NCBI GenBank assembly: GCA_036149055.1
Contig: JAYZQJ010000076.1
Span: 1-57,493 of the forward strand
Direction of reading: 5' to 3'
DNA from: Myxococcota bacterium
GTDB lineage: Bacteria > Myxococcota_A > Polyangia > Polyangiales > Sandaracinaceae
DNA: 57,493 nt
This document shows, piece by piece, positions 1 to 9,577 of this stretch; position 1 is the stretch's first letter, and each line of letters begins with the position of its first letter. Both the position numbers and the translations under genes were made by a program. Below the pieces are notes generated by a model, which was not told the origin of the DNA, did no database searches, and saw only the letters and a program-made list of their open reading frames with translations.

Positions 1-60
1 TGCCCCCCCCCGCCCCCGCGCTGGCCCGCACCCCCGCCGAACCACACCCCTGGTGGCCGC

Positions 61-91
61 GTCGAGGGCCCGCCCCCGGCGGCCCCTCGAC
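61..91. terminator. GC-rich hairpin downstream of the GNAT gene (possible terminator or REP-like element)
   Basis: gtcgagggcccgcc-ccc-ggcggcccctcgac forms a 14-bp stem with one mismatch; no clear U-tract. Confidence 0.4.
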
Positions 92-124
92 CCCGTGCCC
101 GTGCCCCTGCCCGTGCCCGTGCCC
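92..124. repeat. Tandem hexamer repeat (CCCGTG)n
   Basis: About five copies of cccgtg (one variant cccctg) seen directly. Confidence 0.7.
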
Positions 125-139
125 GCGAGACGAAGCACC

Positions 140-922
140 TCACCCCGGAGGCATCAACGTCGCCCGGGTATAGGCGGTCACGAACCCGGCCCGAAGCGCG
201 TTCCGCCCGGTCGCGCTGTCCGGCGCCGAGCCGACCGTGACCACCGCGCAGCCGTGGGCGCGCGCGACCTCGATCCGGTGGGCCAGGAGCGCCTGCTGCA
301 CACCGCGGCGGCGGAACGCGGGCCGGACGCAGCCGGCGATCAGCGTCCCGATGTGCGCGTGCAGCTCGACGCTGGCGCCGCCGATCACCTCGCCCTCGAG
401 CTGCGCGTTCCAGGCGACCGTCTTCGGATGGTCGAGCATTCGCCGCGCGCCCTCGCGGAGGGCCGCCGCCCGCTCGCCGCCCTCGGGCGCGAAGCAGGCC
501 ACGTGGCAGTCGAGGAAGGCCTCGCGCGCCGCCTCGTCCTCGACCGGCTCGAGCGTCACGCCGTCAGGAAGGATCACGGGAGGCGGCGCCTCGAGATCCC
601 GGTAGAGCACCGTCTCGAAGTCGCGCAGCACGTACCCGCGGGCCCGGCACGCGCGGAGCACGCTGGGATCGGCGAACGGGCAGACGCCGATCTCGGGCTC
701 GCGGGTGCGGCCCGCGTAGAACGCCTCGACGCGATCGAGCGCGTCCTCCGCGATGGGCCCGCTCATGCCGAGCGCGGTCACCTGGTTCATCCAGGAGCCC
801 TCGGCCCCGCCCCAGCTCGCGCGCCCGCCCCCGACGTCGAGGGTCTCGTCGGCGAGGTCCGTGATCGCCTGGCTGAGGCGCGCCTCCTCCAGCTTCGCCA
901 GCGCGTCGGGCGCGATCCTCAT
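140..922 (-). CDS. GNAT family N-acetyltransferase
   Basis: C-terminal acetyl-CoA motif A (CVRPAFRRRGVQQALL) and RNALRAGF; ATG at 922 overlaps the upstream stop (ATGA). Confidence 0.85.
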   Translation of the reverse strand: MRIAPDALAKLEEARLSQAITDLADETLDVGGGRASWGGAEGSWMNQVTALGMSGPIAEDALDRVEAFYAGRTREPEIGVCPFADPSVLRACRARGYVLRDFETVLYRDLEAPPPVILPDGVTLEPVEDEAAREAFLDCHVACFAPEGGERAAALREGARRMLDHPKTVAWNAQLEGEVIGGASVELHAHIGTLIAGCVRPAFRRRGVQQALLAHRIEVARAHGCAVVTVGSAPDSATGRNALRAGFVTAYTRATLMPPG

Positions 923-1629
923 TCGTGCTCGTGGTGATGACCGGGCGTGCATCGCGCGTCCTCCCAGCCGACCCACCACTCTCCGTCCGGGCCCCGCTCG
1001 CGCTTCCAGATCGGGACCCGCTCCTTGACGCGATCGATCAGCAGCCGGCCCGCCTCGAACGCCTCGCCCCGGTGCGGGGCGCTGGCGGCGCAGACGATCG
1101 CCTCCTCCCCGACCGCGAGCTCGCCGACGCGGTGATGCGCGGCCAGCCGGACCACCGGGATCTCGGCCTCGATCTCCTCGACGATGCGCGCCATCTCCTT
1201 CACCGCCATCGCGCGATAGGCGGAGTACTCGAGCGCGGTGACCGCCCGGCCCTCGTGATGATCGCGCACCACGCCCACGAAGGTGGCGAGCGCGCCGGCC
1301 GACGGATGGCGCACGAGGTCGAGGACCTCGTCGAGCCGGAGCCGGGTGTCGCGGATGGCCACCCGCGAGGCCACGGGCGCGCGGTCCACGCCGCCGGCGA
1401 CCGGGGGGATGAGCGCGACCACGTCGCCGTCGGACAGCGCGCCGTCGTCCTCGGCGAACGCCTCGTTCACTGCGAAGCGCACCTGCCCGAGCCGCCCACG
1501 CAGCGCCGGGTGCGCCGCCTCGAGCTCGCGCGCCAGCTCCGCGACCGTGCCGGCCGCCGAGTCGCGCGTCTCCCGGTCGAGGCCGACCAGCTCTCGCACC
1601 GCGGCGAAGTAGAGGATCTCGAGCGTCAC
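919..1629 (-). CDS. moaE: Fused molybdopterin synthase MoaD-MoaE (MoaX-like)
   Basis: MoaD part (ILYFAAVRE...FAVNEAF...GDVVALIPPVAGG) followed by MoaE part (GALATFVGVVRDHH, LEYSAY, HRVGELAVGE, VKERVPIWKRE); GTG start inferred. Confidence 0.93.
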   Translation of the reverse strand: MTLEILYFAAVRELVGLDRETRDSAAGTVAELARELEAAHPALRGRLGQVRFAVNEAFAEDDGALSDGDVVALIPPVAGGVDRAPVASRVAIRDTRLRLDEVLDLVRHPSAGALATFVGVVRDHHEGRAVTALEYSAYRAMAVKEMARIVEEIEAEIPVVRLAAHHRVGELAVGEEAIVCAASAPHRGEAFEAGRLLIDRVKERVPIWKRERGPDGEWWVGWEDARCTPGHHHEHE

Positions 1630-1661
1630 GCGCCACGGTGTCGCGCCGCGCGCGCAGGCCG

Positions 1662-2108
1662 TCAAGCGATCTTCGGCCGCTCGCTCTCCCTCGCGACCCG
1701 CGGATGGAAGCCGCTGTGCGGCTTGTCGCGCCGCCCGACGGCCAGGTCATGGGCCTCCCGCGGGTCGCGGGTCACGTGGTAGACGAAGTGGCCCTCGCGG
1801 TGGAGCCGCGAGACCTGCATCTCGCCGCTCGCCGTGGCCACCAGCACGGCCACCCGGGCGAAGGCGCGCCCCACCGAGAAGCGCAGCTGCCGCATCGCCG
1901 CCTCGAAGTCCGGGTCGTTGCGCGGCGGCGCGTCCCGCATGTCGACGATGATGCCGAAGTCCCGGTGACGTGGCTCGAAGCGGCGCACGATCGCGTCGAC
2001 CTCCGCCCGGACCTCGCCCGCCGTCTCGTAAGGAGCCGGGCTCCGGATCAGCCAGACCAGCGATTCCTGGTCGTCCTCGGCCAGCTCGTAGAACTGCGAT
2101 CGGTACAC
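1662..2108 (-). CDS. Hypothetical STAS/SpoIIAA-like small protein
   Basis: 148-aa ORF with plausible composition; IIVDMRDAPPRNDPDFE motif resembles myxobacterial STAS/SEC14-like proteins. Confidence 0.65.
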   Translation of the reverse strand: MYRSQFYELAEDDQESLVWLIRSPAPYETAGEVRAEVDAIVRRFEPRHRDFGIIVDMRDAPPRNDPDFEAAMRQLRFSVGRAFARVAVLVATASGEMQVSRLHREGHFVYHVTRDPREAHDLAVGRRDKPHSGFHPRVARESERPKIA

Positions 2109-2226
2109 CGCTCGTTACCCCCCGGTTGCGATGGTCGACGCAACATTCCGCCCGCACCGGCATCCTGCAAGTCCACGCCCGGGAGTCGTCCGGACCGGGA
2201 GCGCAGGGCGCGTTGCCAGGCCGCAT

Positions 2227-2277
2227 CTTGACACGCTGCGTCAAGCGTCCTAGGTCCATCACTGAATCGTCATTCAG
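2227..2277 (+). promoter_or_regulatory. sigma70-like promoter and palindromic operators upstream of fadIJ
   Basis: TTGACA at 2228-2233, 17-bp spacer, weak -10 TAGGTC; palindromes CTTGAC-N7-GTCAAG (2227-2245) and CTGAAT-N4-ATTCAG (2262-2277). Confidence 0.6.
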
Positions 2278-2327
2278 GCGAGGGGCCGCCACGCGTGCTC
2301 GGGCGGACCGCACAGGCAGGAGGAGCC

Positions 2328-3626
2328 ATGGCCAAGGGCAAGGGAAAGAACCGCGTCGCGATCGTCGCAGGGCTGCGGACCCCGTTCGCGAAGCAAGGCA
2401 CGGCCTACCGGGACGTCTCGGCGCTCGAGCTGGGCACCATGGTCGTCGCCGAGATGCTGCAGCGGAGCGGCATCGACCCGGCCGAGATCCAGCAGTGCGT
2501 CTACGGCCAGGTGGTCCCGTCGCTCAAGGCGCCGAACATCGCCCGCGAGATCGTGCTCCTCACCGACATGCCCCGCGACATCGAGGCGTTCAGCGTCTCG
2601 CGCGCGTGCGCCACCAGCTACCAGTCGGCGGTCAGCGTCGCCCAGGCGATCGAGACCGGCGCCATCGACTGCGGCGTGGCCGGCGGCGCGGACAGCGCGT
2701 CGGACGTGCCGATCTCGGTGAGCAAGCGGCTCGCCTCGGCGCTCATCGACGCCAACCGCGCGCGCTCGCTGAAGGACCGGCTCGCCGCGTTCAGCGGCCT
2801 CAAGCCGAAGGACTTCCTCCCCGTCCCGCCCGCGCTCAAGGAGTACACGACCGGGCTCACGATGGGCGAGAGCGCCGAGAAGATGGCCAAGGAGAACCAC
2901 ATCCCGCGGGCCGCCCAGGACGAGCTGGCCCACCGCAGCCATCAGCGCGCGGCGGAGGCGTGGGAGAAGGGCTGGATGAAGGACGAGGTCATGGAGGCCT
3001 ACGTCCCGCCGAAGTACGAGGCGCTGACCGAGGACAACCTCGTGCGCCACGGCGGCGAGCTCGAGGGCTACGCCAAGCTCAGGCCGGTCTTCGATCGCAA
3101 GCACGGCACCATCACCGCGGGCAACTCCTCGCCCCTGACCGACGGCGCGAGCGCGCTCGTCCTGATGCGCGAGGACAAGGCGAAGGCGCTGGGGCTGGAG
3201 CCCCTCGGCTTCATCAAGAGCTACGCCTTCGCCGCGATCGATCCGGCCGGCCAGATGCTGATGGGCCCGAGCTACGCGACGCCGAGGGCGCTGGACCGCG
3301 CCGGCGTGAAGCTCTCGGACCTCGACCTCATCGACATGCACGAGGCGTTCGCCGCCCAGGTGCTGAGCAACACCCAGGCGTTCGAGAGCAAGAAGTTCGC
3401 CGAGGAGGAGCTCGGTCGCAGCGAGGCGATCGGCGAGATCGACTGGGACAAGTTCAACGTCACCGGCGGCTCGATCGCGATCGGGCACCCGTTCGCGGCG
3501 ACCGGCGCGCGGCAGATCACCCAGACGCTGAACAACCTGAAGCGCACCGGCGGCGAGCTCGCCCTGTGCACCGCCTGCGCGGCCGGCGGTCTGGGCGCGG
3601 CGATGGTCCTCGAGGCGGCGAGCTGA
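2328..3626 (+). CDS. fadI: Acetyl-CoA C-acyltransferase (3-ketoacyl-CoA thiolase) FadI
   Basis: Thiolase motifs [34 protein letters not shown] before ATG 2328; adjacent to fadJ. Confidence 0.95.
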   Translation: MAKGKGKNRVAIVAGLRTPFAKQGTAYRDVSALELGTMVVAEMLQRSGIDPAEIQQCVYGQVVPSLKAPNIAREIVLLTDMPRDIEAFSVSRACATSYQSAVSVAQAIETGAIDCGVAGGADSASDVPISVSKRLASALIDANRARSLKDRLAAFSGLKPKDFLPVPPALKEYTTGLTMGESAEKMAKENHIPRAAQDELAHRSHQRAAEAWEKGWMKDEVMEAYVPPKYEALTEDNLVRHGGELEGYAKLRPVFDRKHGTITAGNSSPLTDGASALVLMREDKAKALGLEPLGFIKSYAFAAIDPAGQMLMGPSYATPRALDRAGVKLSDLDLIDMHEAFAAQVLSNTQAFESKKFAEEELGRSEAIGEIDWDKFNVTGGSIAIGHPFAATGARQITQTLNNLKRTGGELALCTACAAGGLGAAMVLEAAS

Positions 3627-3639
3627 GGGAGGGACGACG

Positions 3640-5856
3640 ATGAGCGACGCACTGAACATCGAGAAGCGCGAAGACGGTGTCTTCGTCATCCGCATGGACC
3701 TGCCGGGCGAGAGCGTCAACACGCTCCAGGACCGGTTCGCCGAGGACTTCGCCGCCGCGTTCGACGCGGTCGAGAAGGACCCCGCCTGCAAGGCGGTGGT
3801 GTTCACCAGCGGCAAGAAGGACTTCATCGTCGGCGCCGACGTGAAGATGCTGAAGAAGTGCGGCAGCGCCCGCGAGGCGGCGGAGCTCGCCCGCAACGGC
3901 CAGCGCGCGATGAACCGCGTCGCCTCCTTCCGGGTCCCGGTCGTCGCGGCCATCCACGGCAACGCGCTCGGCGGCGGCCTCGAGGTCGCGCTCGCCTGCC
4001 ACGGTCGCGTCGCGTCGGACAGCAAGCGCACCCGCCTCGGCCTGCCCGAGTGCCAGCTCGGCCTCCTCCCCGGCGCCGCCGGCACCCAGCGCCTCCCCCG
4101 GCTCGTCGACATCCAGACCGCGCTCGACATGCTGCTCACCGGCAAGCAGGTCGACGCGAAGAAGGCCAAGAAGATCGGCCTCGTCGACGAGGTCGTGCCC
4201 GAGGCCATCCTGGTCGAGGTGGCCGCCGCGCGCGCGCTGAAGCTCGCCGAGAAGGGCGCGGGCAAGAAGAAGAGCCTGAAGGATCTCCTGAAGCCCGAGG
4301 AGCTGCAGGAGTGGGCCCTCACCGAGAACCCGCTCGGGCGCAAGGTCGTCTTCGACCAGGCCCGCAAAGCGCTGCTGAAGAAGACCCGCGGCAACTACCC
4401 GGCGCAGGAGAAGATCCTCGACGTGGTGAAGGTCGGCCTGGAGAAGGGCTTCGAGGCCGGGCTCGAGGCGGAGGCGGAGGCCTTCGGCGAGCTCGTCGTC
4501 AGCCCGCAGGCCGCCCAGCTCATGAACATCTTCTTCGCGACCACCGCGATGAAGAAGGACAGCGGCGTGGACGACCCCAGCGTGGAGCCGCGCGACGTCG
4601 ACGTGGTCGGCATGCTCGGCGCCGGGCTCATGGGCGCGGGCATCGCCTACGTGACCGCCGACAAGGCGGGCATCCCCGTGCGCCTGAAGGACAAGGACAC
4701 CGCCGGGGTGGGCCGCGGCCTGAAGTACGTGCGCGACGTGCTCGACAAGAAGGTGAAGCGCAAGCGCATGACCAAGCTGCAGCGCGACGTGGTGATGAAC
4801 CGCGTCAGCGGCACCACGAGCTACGACGGCTTCCGCAACGTGCCCGTCGTCATCGAGGCGGTCTTCGAGGACCTGGGCCTCAAGCACCGCGTGCTCCGCG
4901 ACACCGAGGCGAGCGGGCCCGAGGACGTCATCTTCGCGTCCAACACCAGCTCGATCCCGATCACCAAGATCGCCGAGGGCAGCGCCCACCCGGAGACCGT
5001 GATCGGCATGCACTACTTCTCGCCGGTCGAGAAGATGCCGCTGCTCGAGATCATCACCACCGAGAAGACGGCGGACTGGGTCACCGCGACCTGCGTCGAG
5101 ATCGGCAAGAAGCAGGGCAAGACGGTCATCGTCGTGAACGACGGCGTCGGCTTCTACACGAGCCGCATCCTCGGGCCGCTGATGAACGAGGCCGCCTTCA
5201 TCTTGAACGAGGGCGTGCCCGTCGAGGACATCGACCGCGCGCTGGTGGACTGGGGCTTCCCGGTCGGCCCGATCACGCTCCTCGACGAGGTCGGGATCGA
5301 CGTCGCCGAGAAGGTCGGACACATCGTTCAGGCCGAGTTCGGCGACCGCATGAAGGCCCCGCCCGGCTTCGAGAAGCTGGTCGCGGACGAGCGCTACGGC
5401 CGCAAGAACGGCCGCGGCTTCTACGTCTACGGCGAGGGCAAGGGCAAGAAGAAGGAGGTCGACGAGAGCGTCTACGGCGTGCTCGGCCTGACCCCGAACA
5501 AGAAGATGGCGGCGGAGGAGATCGCCCAGCGCTGCGCCCTCGCGTTCGTCAACGAGGCCTGCCTCTGCTTCGGCGAGGGCATCCTGCGGAGCGCGCGCGA
5601 CGGCGACATCGGGGCCATCTTCGGTCTCGGCTTCCCGCCGTTCCGCGGCGGCCCCTTCCGCTACGTCGACGCGGTCGGCGCCAAGGAGATCGTGCGGCGC
5701 CTCCAGCGCTTCCGCGACCGCCTCGGCAACCGCTTCGCGCCCGCCCCGGTGCTCCTGGCGATGGTCGAGAGCGGCCAGACCTTCCACGGCGAGAACCCGG
5801 TGAAGCCGGGCCAGCACGACTTCCCGCCGGGTCAGGCCGTCCCCGCCACGGCGTGA
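3640..5856 (+). CDS. fadJ: Fatty acid oxidation complex alpha subunit FadJ (enoyl-CoA hydratase / 3-hydroxyacyl-CoA dehydrogenase)
   Basis: Crotonase motifs ALGGGLE and LGLPECQLGLLPG; NAD-binding GAGLMG; MHYFSPVEKMPLLE; GFPPFRGGPF. Confidence 0.95.
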   Translation: MSDALNIEKREDGVFVIRMDLPGESVNTLQDRFAEDFAAAFDAVEKDPACKAVVFTSGKKDFIVGADVKMLKKCGSAREAAELARNGQRAMNRVASFRVPVVAAIHGNALGGGLEVALACHGRVASDSKRTRLGLPECQLGLLPGAAGTQRLPRLVDIQTALDMLLTGKQVDAKKAKKIGLVDEVVPEAILVEVAAARALKLAEKGAGKKKSLKDLLKPEELQEWALTENPLGRKVVFDQARKALLKKTRGNYPAQEKILDVVKVGLEKGFEAGLEAEAEAFGELVVSPQAAQLMNIFFATTAMKKDSGVDDPSVEPRDVDVVGMLGAGLMGAGIAYVTADKAGIPVRLKDKDTAGVGRGLKYVRDVLDKKVKRKRMTKLQRDVVMNRVSGTTSYDGFRNVPVVIEAVFEDLGLKHRVLRDTEASGPEDVIFASNTSSIPITKIAEGSAHPETVIGMHYFSPVEKMPLLEIITTEKTADWVTATCVEIGKKQGKTVIVVNDGVGFYTSRILGPLMNEAAFILNEGVPVEDIDRALVDWGFPVGPITLLDEVGIDVAEKVGHIVQAEFGDRMKAPPGFEKLVADERYGRKNGRGFYVYGEGKGKKKEVDESVYGVLGLTPNKKMAAEEIAQRCALAFVNEACLCFGEGILRSARDGDIGAIFGLGFPPFRGGPFRYVDAVGAKEIVRRLQRFRDRLGNRFAPAPVLLAMVESGQTFHGENPVKPGQHDFPPGQAVPATA

Positions 5857-5868
5857 GCCCAGCTTGCG

Positions 5869-6480
5869 TCAGGGGCGCAGGACGTCGCCGACCGCGATCT
5901 CCGCGTCCTCGAAGCGCTCGAGGGTGATCGTCTCGCCGCGCCCGTGGCTCGTGACCCGGGCGTAGCGAGCCCCCTCGGGCGCGCGGTGCACCTCGATGAC
6001 GCCGTCGCGCAGGTTGACGATCCAGTACTCGGGCACCCCCATCGCCGCGTAGAGCGGGCCCTTGGTGAGCCGATCGTACGAGAGGGAGCTGTCCGCGACC
6101 TCGATGACGAGCCACGCCTCGGAGGGGTGAGCGTCGTCGTAATCTCCCGGAGGAACGAGGGCGAAGTCCGGCTCGGGCTCCGAGTCGTCCGGTCCCACCA
6201 GCGGCAGCTGCACCCGGATGTCGGCGCGCCCCCCGACGGCTCGAAAGAGGCACTTCGTCAGACGGCTGACGGGTGCGGCGTGCGTGGGTCCCTGCGGCGG
6301 CATTCGAATGATCACCCCTCGAATCAGCTCGACGCGCTCGTCCGTGAACGCCCCCTCGGCGACCAGCCGGTCGTACTCCGCCCTCCGCAGCCGGCGGACC
6401 TGCTGCGCCTCGATGCCGGGAAACTCTGCGTGGAGAGGCTGCACGACCCTCAGGATAGGCAGCCCGGAGCGCGACGTCAC
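5869..6480 (-). CDS. Uma2 family (DUF820) PD-(D/E)XK endonuclease-like protein
   Basis: VELIRGVI, SEPEPDFALV, LVIEVADSSLSYDR-K, YAAMGVPEYWIVNL; start uncertain (GTG 6480 or 6444). Confidence 0.88.
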   Translation of the reverse strand: MTSRSGLPILRVVQPLHAEFPGIEAQQVRRLRRAEYDRLVAEGAFTDERVELIRGVIIRMPPQGPTHAAPVSRLTKCLFRAVGGRADIRVQLPLVGPDDSEPEPDFALVPPGDYDDAHPSEAWLVIEVADSSLSYDRLTKGPLYAAMGVPEYWIVNLRDGVIEVHRAPEGARYARVTSHGRGETITLERFEDAEIAVGDVLRP

Positions 6481-7556
6481 GGCTCCGCTTCGCGCTCGTG
6501 AAGGGGCGCCGCGGGATCGGGCACCGGCTCCTGCACCTCCTCGACCGGGCCGCTCATCAGGTCCGCGATCCAAGCCCACTCGCGGGTGTTGGCGAGCGCG
6601 ATCTTCAGGATCATGGTCAGCGGCACGCTGAATAGGGCGCCGACCGGGCCGAGCACCCAGCCCCAGACCACGATCGAGAGCAGCACCACCACCGGCGACA
6701 TGCCGAGGGCGCGGCCCATGAGGCGCGGCTCGATGACGTTGCCGATCGAGATGTTCACCACGAGGTAGCCGGCCATCACCGCGAGCGCCGATCCCGGCCC
6801 GTGCACGACGAGGGCGACCAGGATCGGCGGGATGGCGGCGAGCAGGGAGCCCACCGTCGGGATGTAGTTGAGGAGGAACGCGAGCAGCCCCCACATCACC
6901 GCGAAGTCGACGTCGAGCACCGCGCACCACACCCCGACGAGCGCGCCGGTGGTGATCGAGGTCGCGCTCTTCACGCTGAGGTAGCGGTTGATCTCGGTCG
7001 AGATCGCGGTGAGCACGTGGTCGCCGGCCGCGGTCCCCGCGAAGTGCGCCTCGACCTTGCGCCACACGCGCGCGGCGTCGAAGAGCGAGAACGCGAGCAC
7101 CAGCACGACCAGCAGCATGTTGCCCAGCACGGCGCCGAGCCCGGTGAGCGTCGTGCCGATCAGATCCATGACCGCGCCCGGATCGAGCCCGCCGCCGAGC
7201 CCCTCCGGCTCGAGGCGCACGCCCTGCGACGCGAGCAGGTCGGCGAGCTCCCGGTAGAGCTCACCGAGGCGCGACCGGTACACCGGCAGCCGCTGCTCGA
7301 AGCGGCCGACCGAGCTGCCCATGAGCACGCCCAGGGTGCCGAGCGCCGCCAGCTCGAGCAGGAGCACGACGCTGACCGCCAGCGGGTAGGGCATCCGGGT
7401 GCGGCTCAGCCGGAAGACCAGCGGGCTCGACACGAAGGCGAGGAAGAGCGCGAGCAGGACCGGCACCACGATGTCGGCCGCGGCCCGCATGCCGGCGATG
7501 AGCACGACGATCGCCGCGGCCGTCATCAACCCGCGTCGTACCTTCTCTCGTGACAC
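6477..7556 (-). CDS. AI-2E family transporter
   Basis: Multi-TM protein with WGLLAFLLNYIPTVG, GNVIEPRLMGRALGMSP and WGWVLGPVGALFSVPL. Confidence 0.92.
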   Translation of the reverse strand: MSREKVRRGLMTAAAIVVLIAGMRAAADIVVPVLLALFLAFVSSPLVFRLSRTRMPYPLAVSVVLLLELAALGTLGVLMGSSVGRFEQRLPVYRSRLGELYRELADLLASQGVRLEPEGLGGGLDPGAVMDLIGTTLTGLGAVLGNMLLVVLVLAFSLFDAARVWRKVEAHFAGTAAGDHVLTAISTEINRYLSVKSATSITTGALVGVWCAVLDVDFAVMWGLLAFLLNYIPTVGSLLAAIPPILVALVVHGPGSALAVMAGYLVVNISIGNVIEPRLMGRALGMSPVVVLLSIVVWGWVLGPVGALFSVPLTMILKIALANTREWAWIADLMSGPVEEVQEPVPDPAAPLHEREAEP

Positions 7557-7604
7557 TCTGCCTCGGACGTAGTCACCGCCGTCGCGGACGCACCCGCGCG
7601 CCGG

Positions 7605-9467
7605 TCAGTGCCCGCCTTTGCCGCTGCCGGGCTTCGCGTTCCAGATCCGGAGGCAGAGGAGGAAGCCGATGGCGGCGAACGGGAGCAGGAACCACGGCCA
7701 GTAGGACCAGTCTTCGGTCGTCAGGTAGCCGAGGCTGATCGACTGCAGCGCGGTGCCGAGATAGACGAAGCCGTCGATGACGCCGACCGCGGTCGCCGCG
7801 CCTCGCCGGCCCCCGAAGTCCATGGTGGCGGTCCCCGACAGGAGCCCGTGGGTGCCGATCACGCAGAGGCTCATCAGGAACACCAGCACGCCGAGCACCC
7901 AGGGGCTGATCGGCAGGATCGGCCGGGCGTCGAGCAGGCGGAGATCGCCGGCGCGCTGGGTGCCCGCGGGATCGGGGAGCTCCAGCTCGAGGCGCTCCCC
8001 GTCTCGCTCGATGACGGCGGGGATCGGGCGCGCCGCGTCGAGCGGATCGGCGGCGTCGAAGTCGCTCGCGGTCGAGCAGAGGCAGGTCTCCGGGTTCCAC
8101 CGCGACCCCTCGCAGACCGGCTGCCAGCACGCGACGGCGTAGCGAACCTCGGTCCAGCCCTCGATCTCCTCGCCGGCGATCTCGAGGATGCGATCGCCCA
8201 CCTCGAGCCCGCTGTCGTCGTCTGCCTCCATCACCTCGTTGGTGGGCCGGGCGAGCGCGAACGCCATGCCGAGGGTGCAGATCGCGAGGAAGAAGTAGAG
8301 CCCCGCCGCCGCCGGGCCGCGCCGGCTCTGGAAGAAGAGGTCCGAGACCCAGCCCGCGACGTTCCCGCCCATCACGCCGGCGACGAACAGCAGGCCACCC
8401 CAGCCGCCCTGGAAGAAGGGGGCGAGGAACGCGAGCGCGCCGAAGACGATGAGATACGCGCGCCGCGGGCCACGGCCCCACTTGGCCGCCAGGGTCCAGC
8501 TGACCGCGCCGGTGCCGACGCCCGCCGCCCAGACCCACGGGTGCTCGAGGAGCGAGCCGTAGCGGAGCAGGTGCTCACCCGGCAGCACCCAGATCTCCTT
8601 CGCGTAGATCGGGAACCAGTGCATCACGCCGTTGCGGAGCACGCCGGTGCAGAACTCGATGGCGGCGACGGTGAGGATGATCGGGTTCGTGAGGATCTTC
8701 TTGAAGAGCGCGAACACCGGCGGGGGCCGGTCGTCGCTCTCGCCGCTCGACGCGTCGCCGGTGTCGAAGTCTTCGTGCCCGGCGAGGCCGGGCCGGTCTC
8801 GGAGCAGCGACAGCTCGACGAACCAGAGCACGGTGAGGATCAGGGCGGGGACCGCGAAGACGACCCAGGCGCGCTCGGGTCCCGTGGTGTCGGGCCACAG
8901 CGCCGCGGCCCCGTCGAGCAGCCACCCGTTCACCGTGAAGGCGAGGAAGATGCCGCTCGAGATCATGGTCCCGAAGATGCCGCTGAAGCCGCCGCGCTCG
9001 GTCACGTGGAACCAGTGCGCGTTCACCTTGACGATGGAGACCGCGCCGTAGCTCTGGAAATACATGTTGAGCGCATACAGACCCGAGAAGACCGCGCGGA
9101 GCGGCGCGCTGGCGGCCTCGCCGGTCGACATGATCCACCAGAGATAGGCGCCCATCGCCGCGTTCATGAGCAGCGAGCCGCCGGCCCCGATCAGGATCCC
9201 CTTGCGCCCGCCGATCCGGTCGACGAGCGGACCGTTGACCAGGAACGCGAAGGCGTAGGTCACCGTGCCGGCCGCGAAGATGATGCCGAAGTCCTCCTTC
9301 GTCATCAGCTCGCCGAGCGACGTCTTGGCGACCGTGAGGTTGTAGCGCCCCATGTAGAGCAGCGCGTACGTCAGCCCGAGCGGGAACCAGTTCAGGAAGC
9401 GGCGGGTGCGAAAGGCGCGCGTGTGCTCGATGGCGGGCGCGCTCGACTCGACGGATGAGGTCCCCAT
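7605..9467 (-). CDS. MFS transporter (GlpT/UhpC organophosphate antiporter-like) with an inserted PDZ-like domain
   Basis: YMGRYNL TM1 motif, motif A (GPLVDRIGGRK), WFHVTERG, AVGVIDGFVYLG; extra ~110-aa soluble insertion. Confidence 0.85.
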   Translation of the reverse strand: MGTSSVESSAPAIEHTRAFRTRRFLNWFPLGLTYALLYMGRYNLTVAKTSLGELMTKEDFGIIFAAGTVTYAFAFLVNGPLVDRIGGRKGILIGAGGSLLMNAAMGAYLWWIMSTGEAASAPLRAVFSGLYALNMYFQSYGAVSIVKVNAHWFHVTERGGFSGIFGTMISSGIFLAFTVNGWLLDGAAALWPDTTGPERAWVVFAVPALILTVLWFVELSLLRDRPGLAGHEDFDTGDASSGESDDRPPPVFALFKKILTNPIILTVAAIEFCTGVLRNGVMHWFPIYAKEIWVLPGEHLLRYGSLLEHPWVWAAGVGTGAVSWTLAAKWGRGPRRAYLIVFGALAFLAPFFQGGWGGLLFVAGVMGGNVAGWVSDLFFQSRRGPAAAGLYFFLAICTLGMAFALARPTNEVMEADDDSGLEVGDRILEIAGEEIEGWTEVRYAVACWQPVCEGSRWNPETCLCSTASDFDAADPLDAARPIPAVIERDGERLELELPDPAGTQRAGDLRLLDARPILPISPWVLGVLVFLMSLCVIGTHGLLSGTATMDFGGRRGAATAVGVIDGFVYLGTALQSISLGYLTTEDWSYWPWFLLPFAAIGFLLCLRIWNAKPGSGKGGH

Positions 9468-9577
9468 GATCGGCGCGGAGGATACACGCGGGCCCCCTCC
9501 GCGCACAGTGACGGCGTCCGGCGGCACGCAGCCGTCACCGCCCTTGCGTCCGGGGCGTGCACCGCGTACGGGGACTC

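Noticed and set aside
5869..6480. Uma2 nuclease as a defence system or mobile element
   Set aside because: A solitary gene with no partner genes or flanking repeats; the family is commonly expanded and scattered in such genomes
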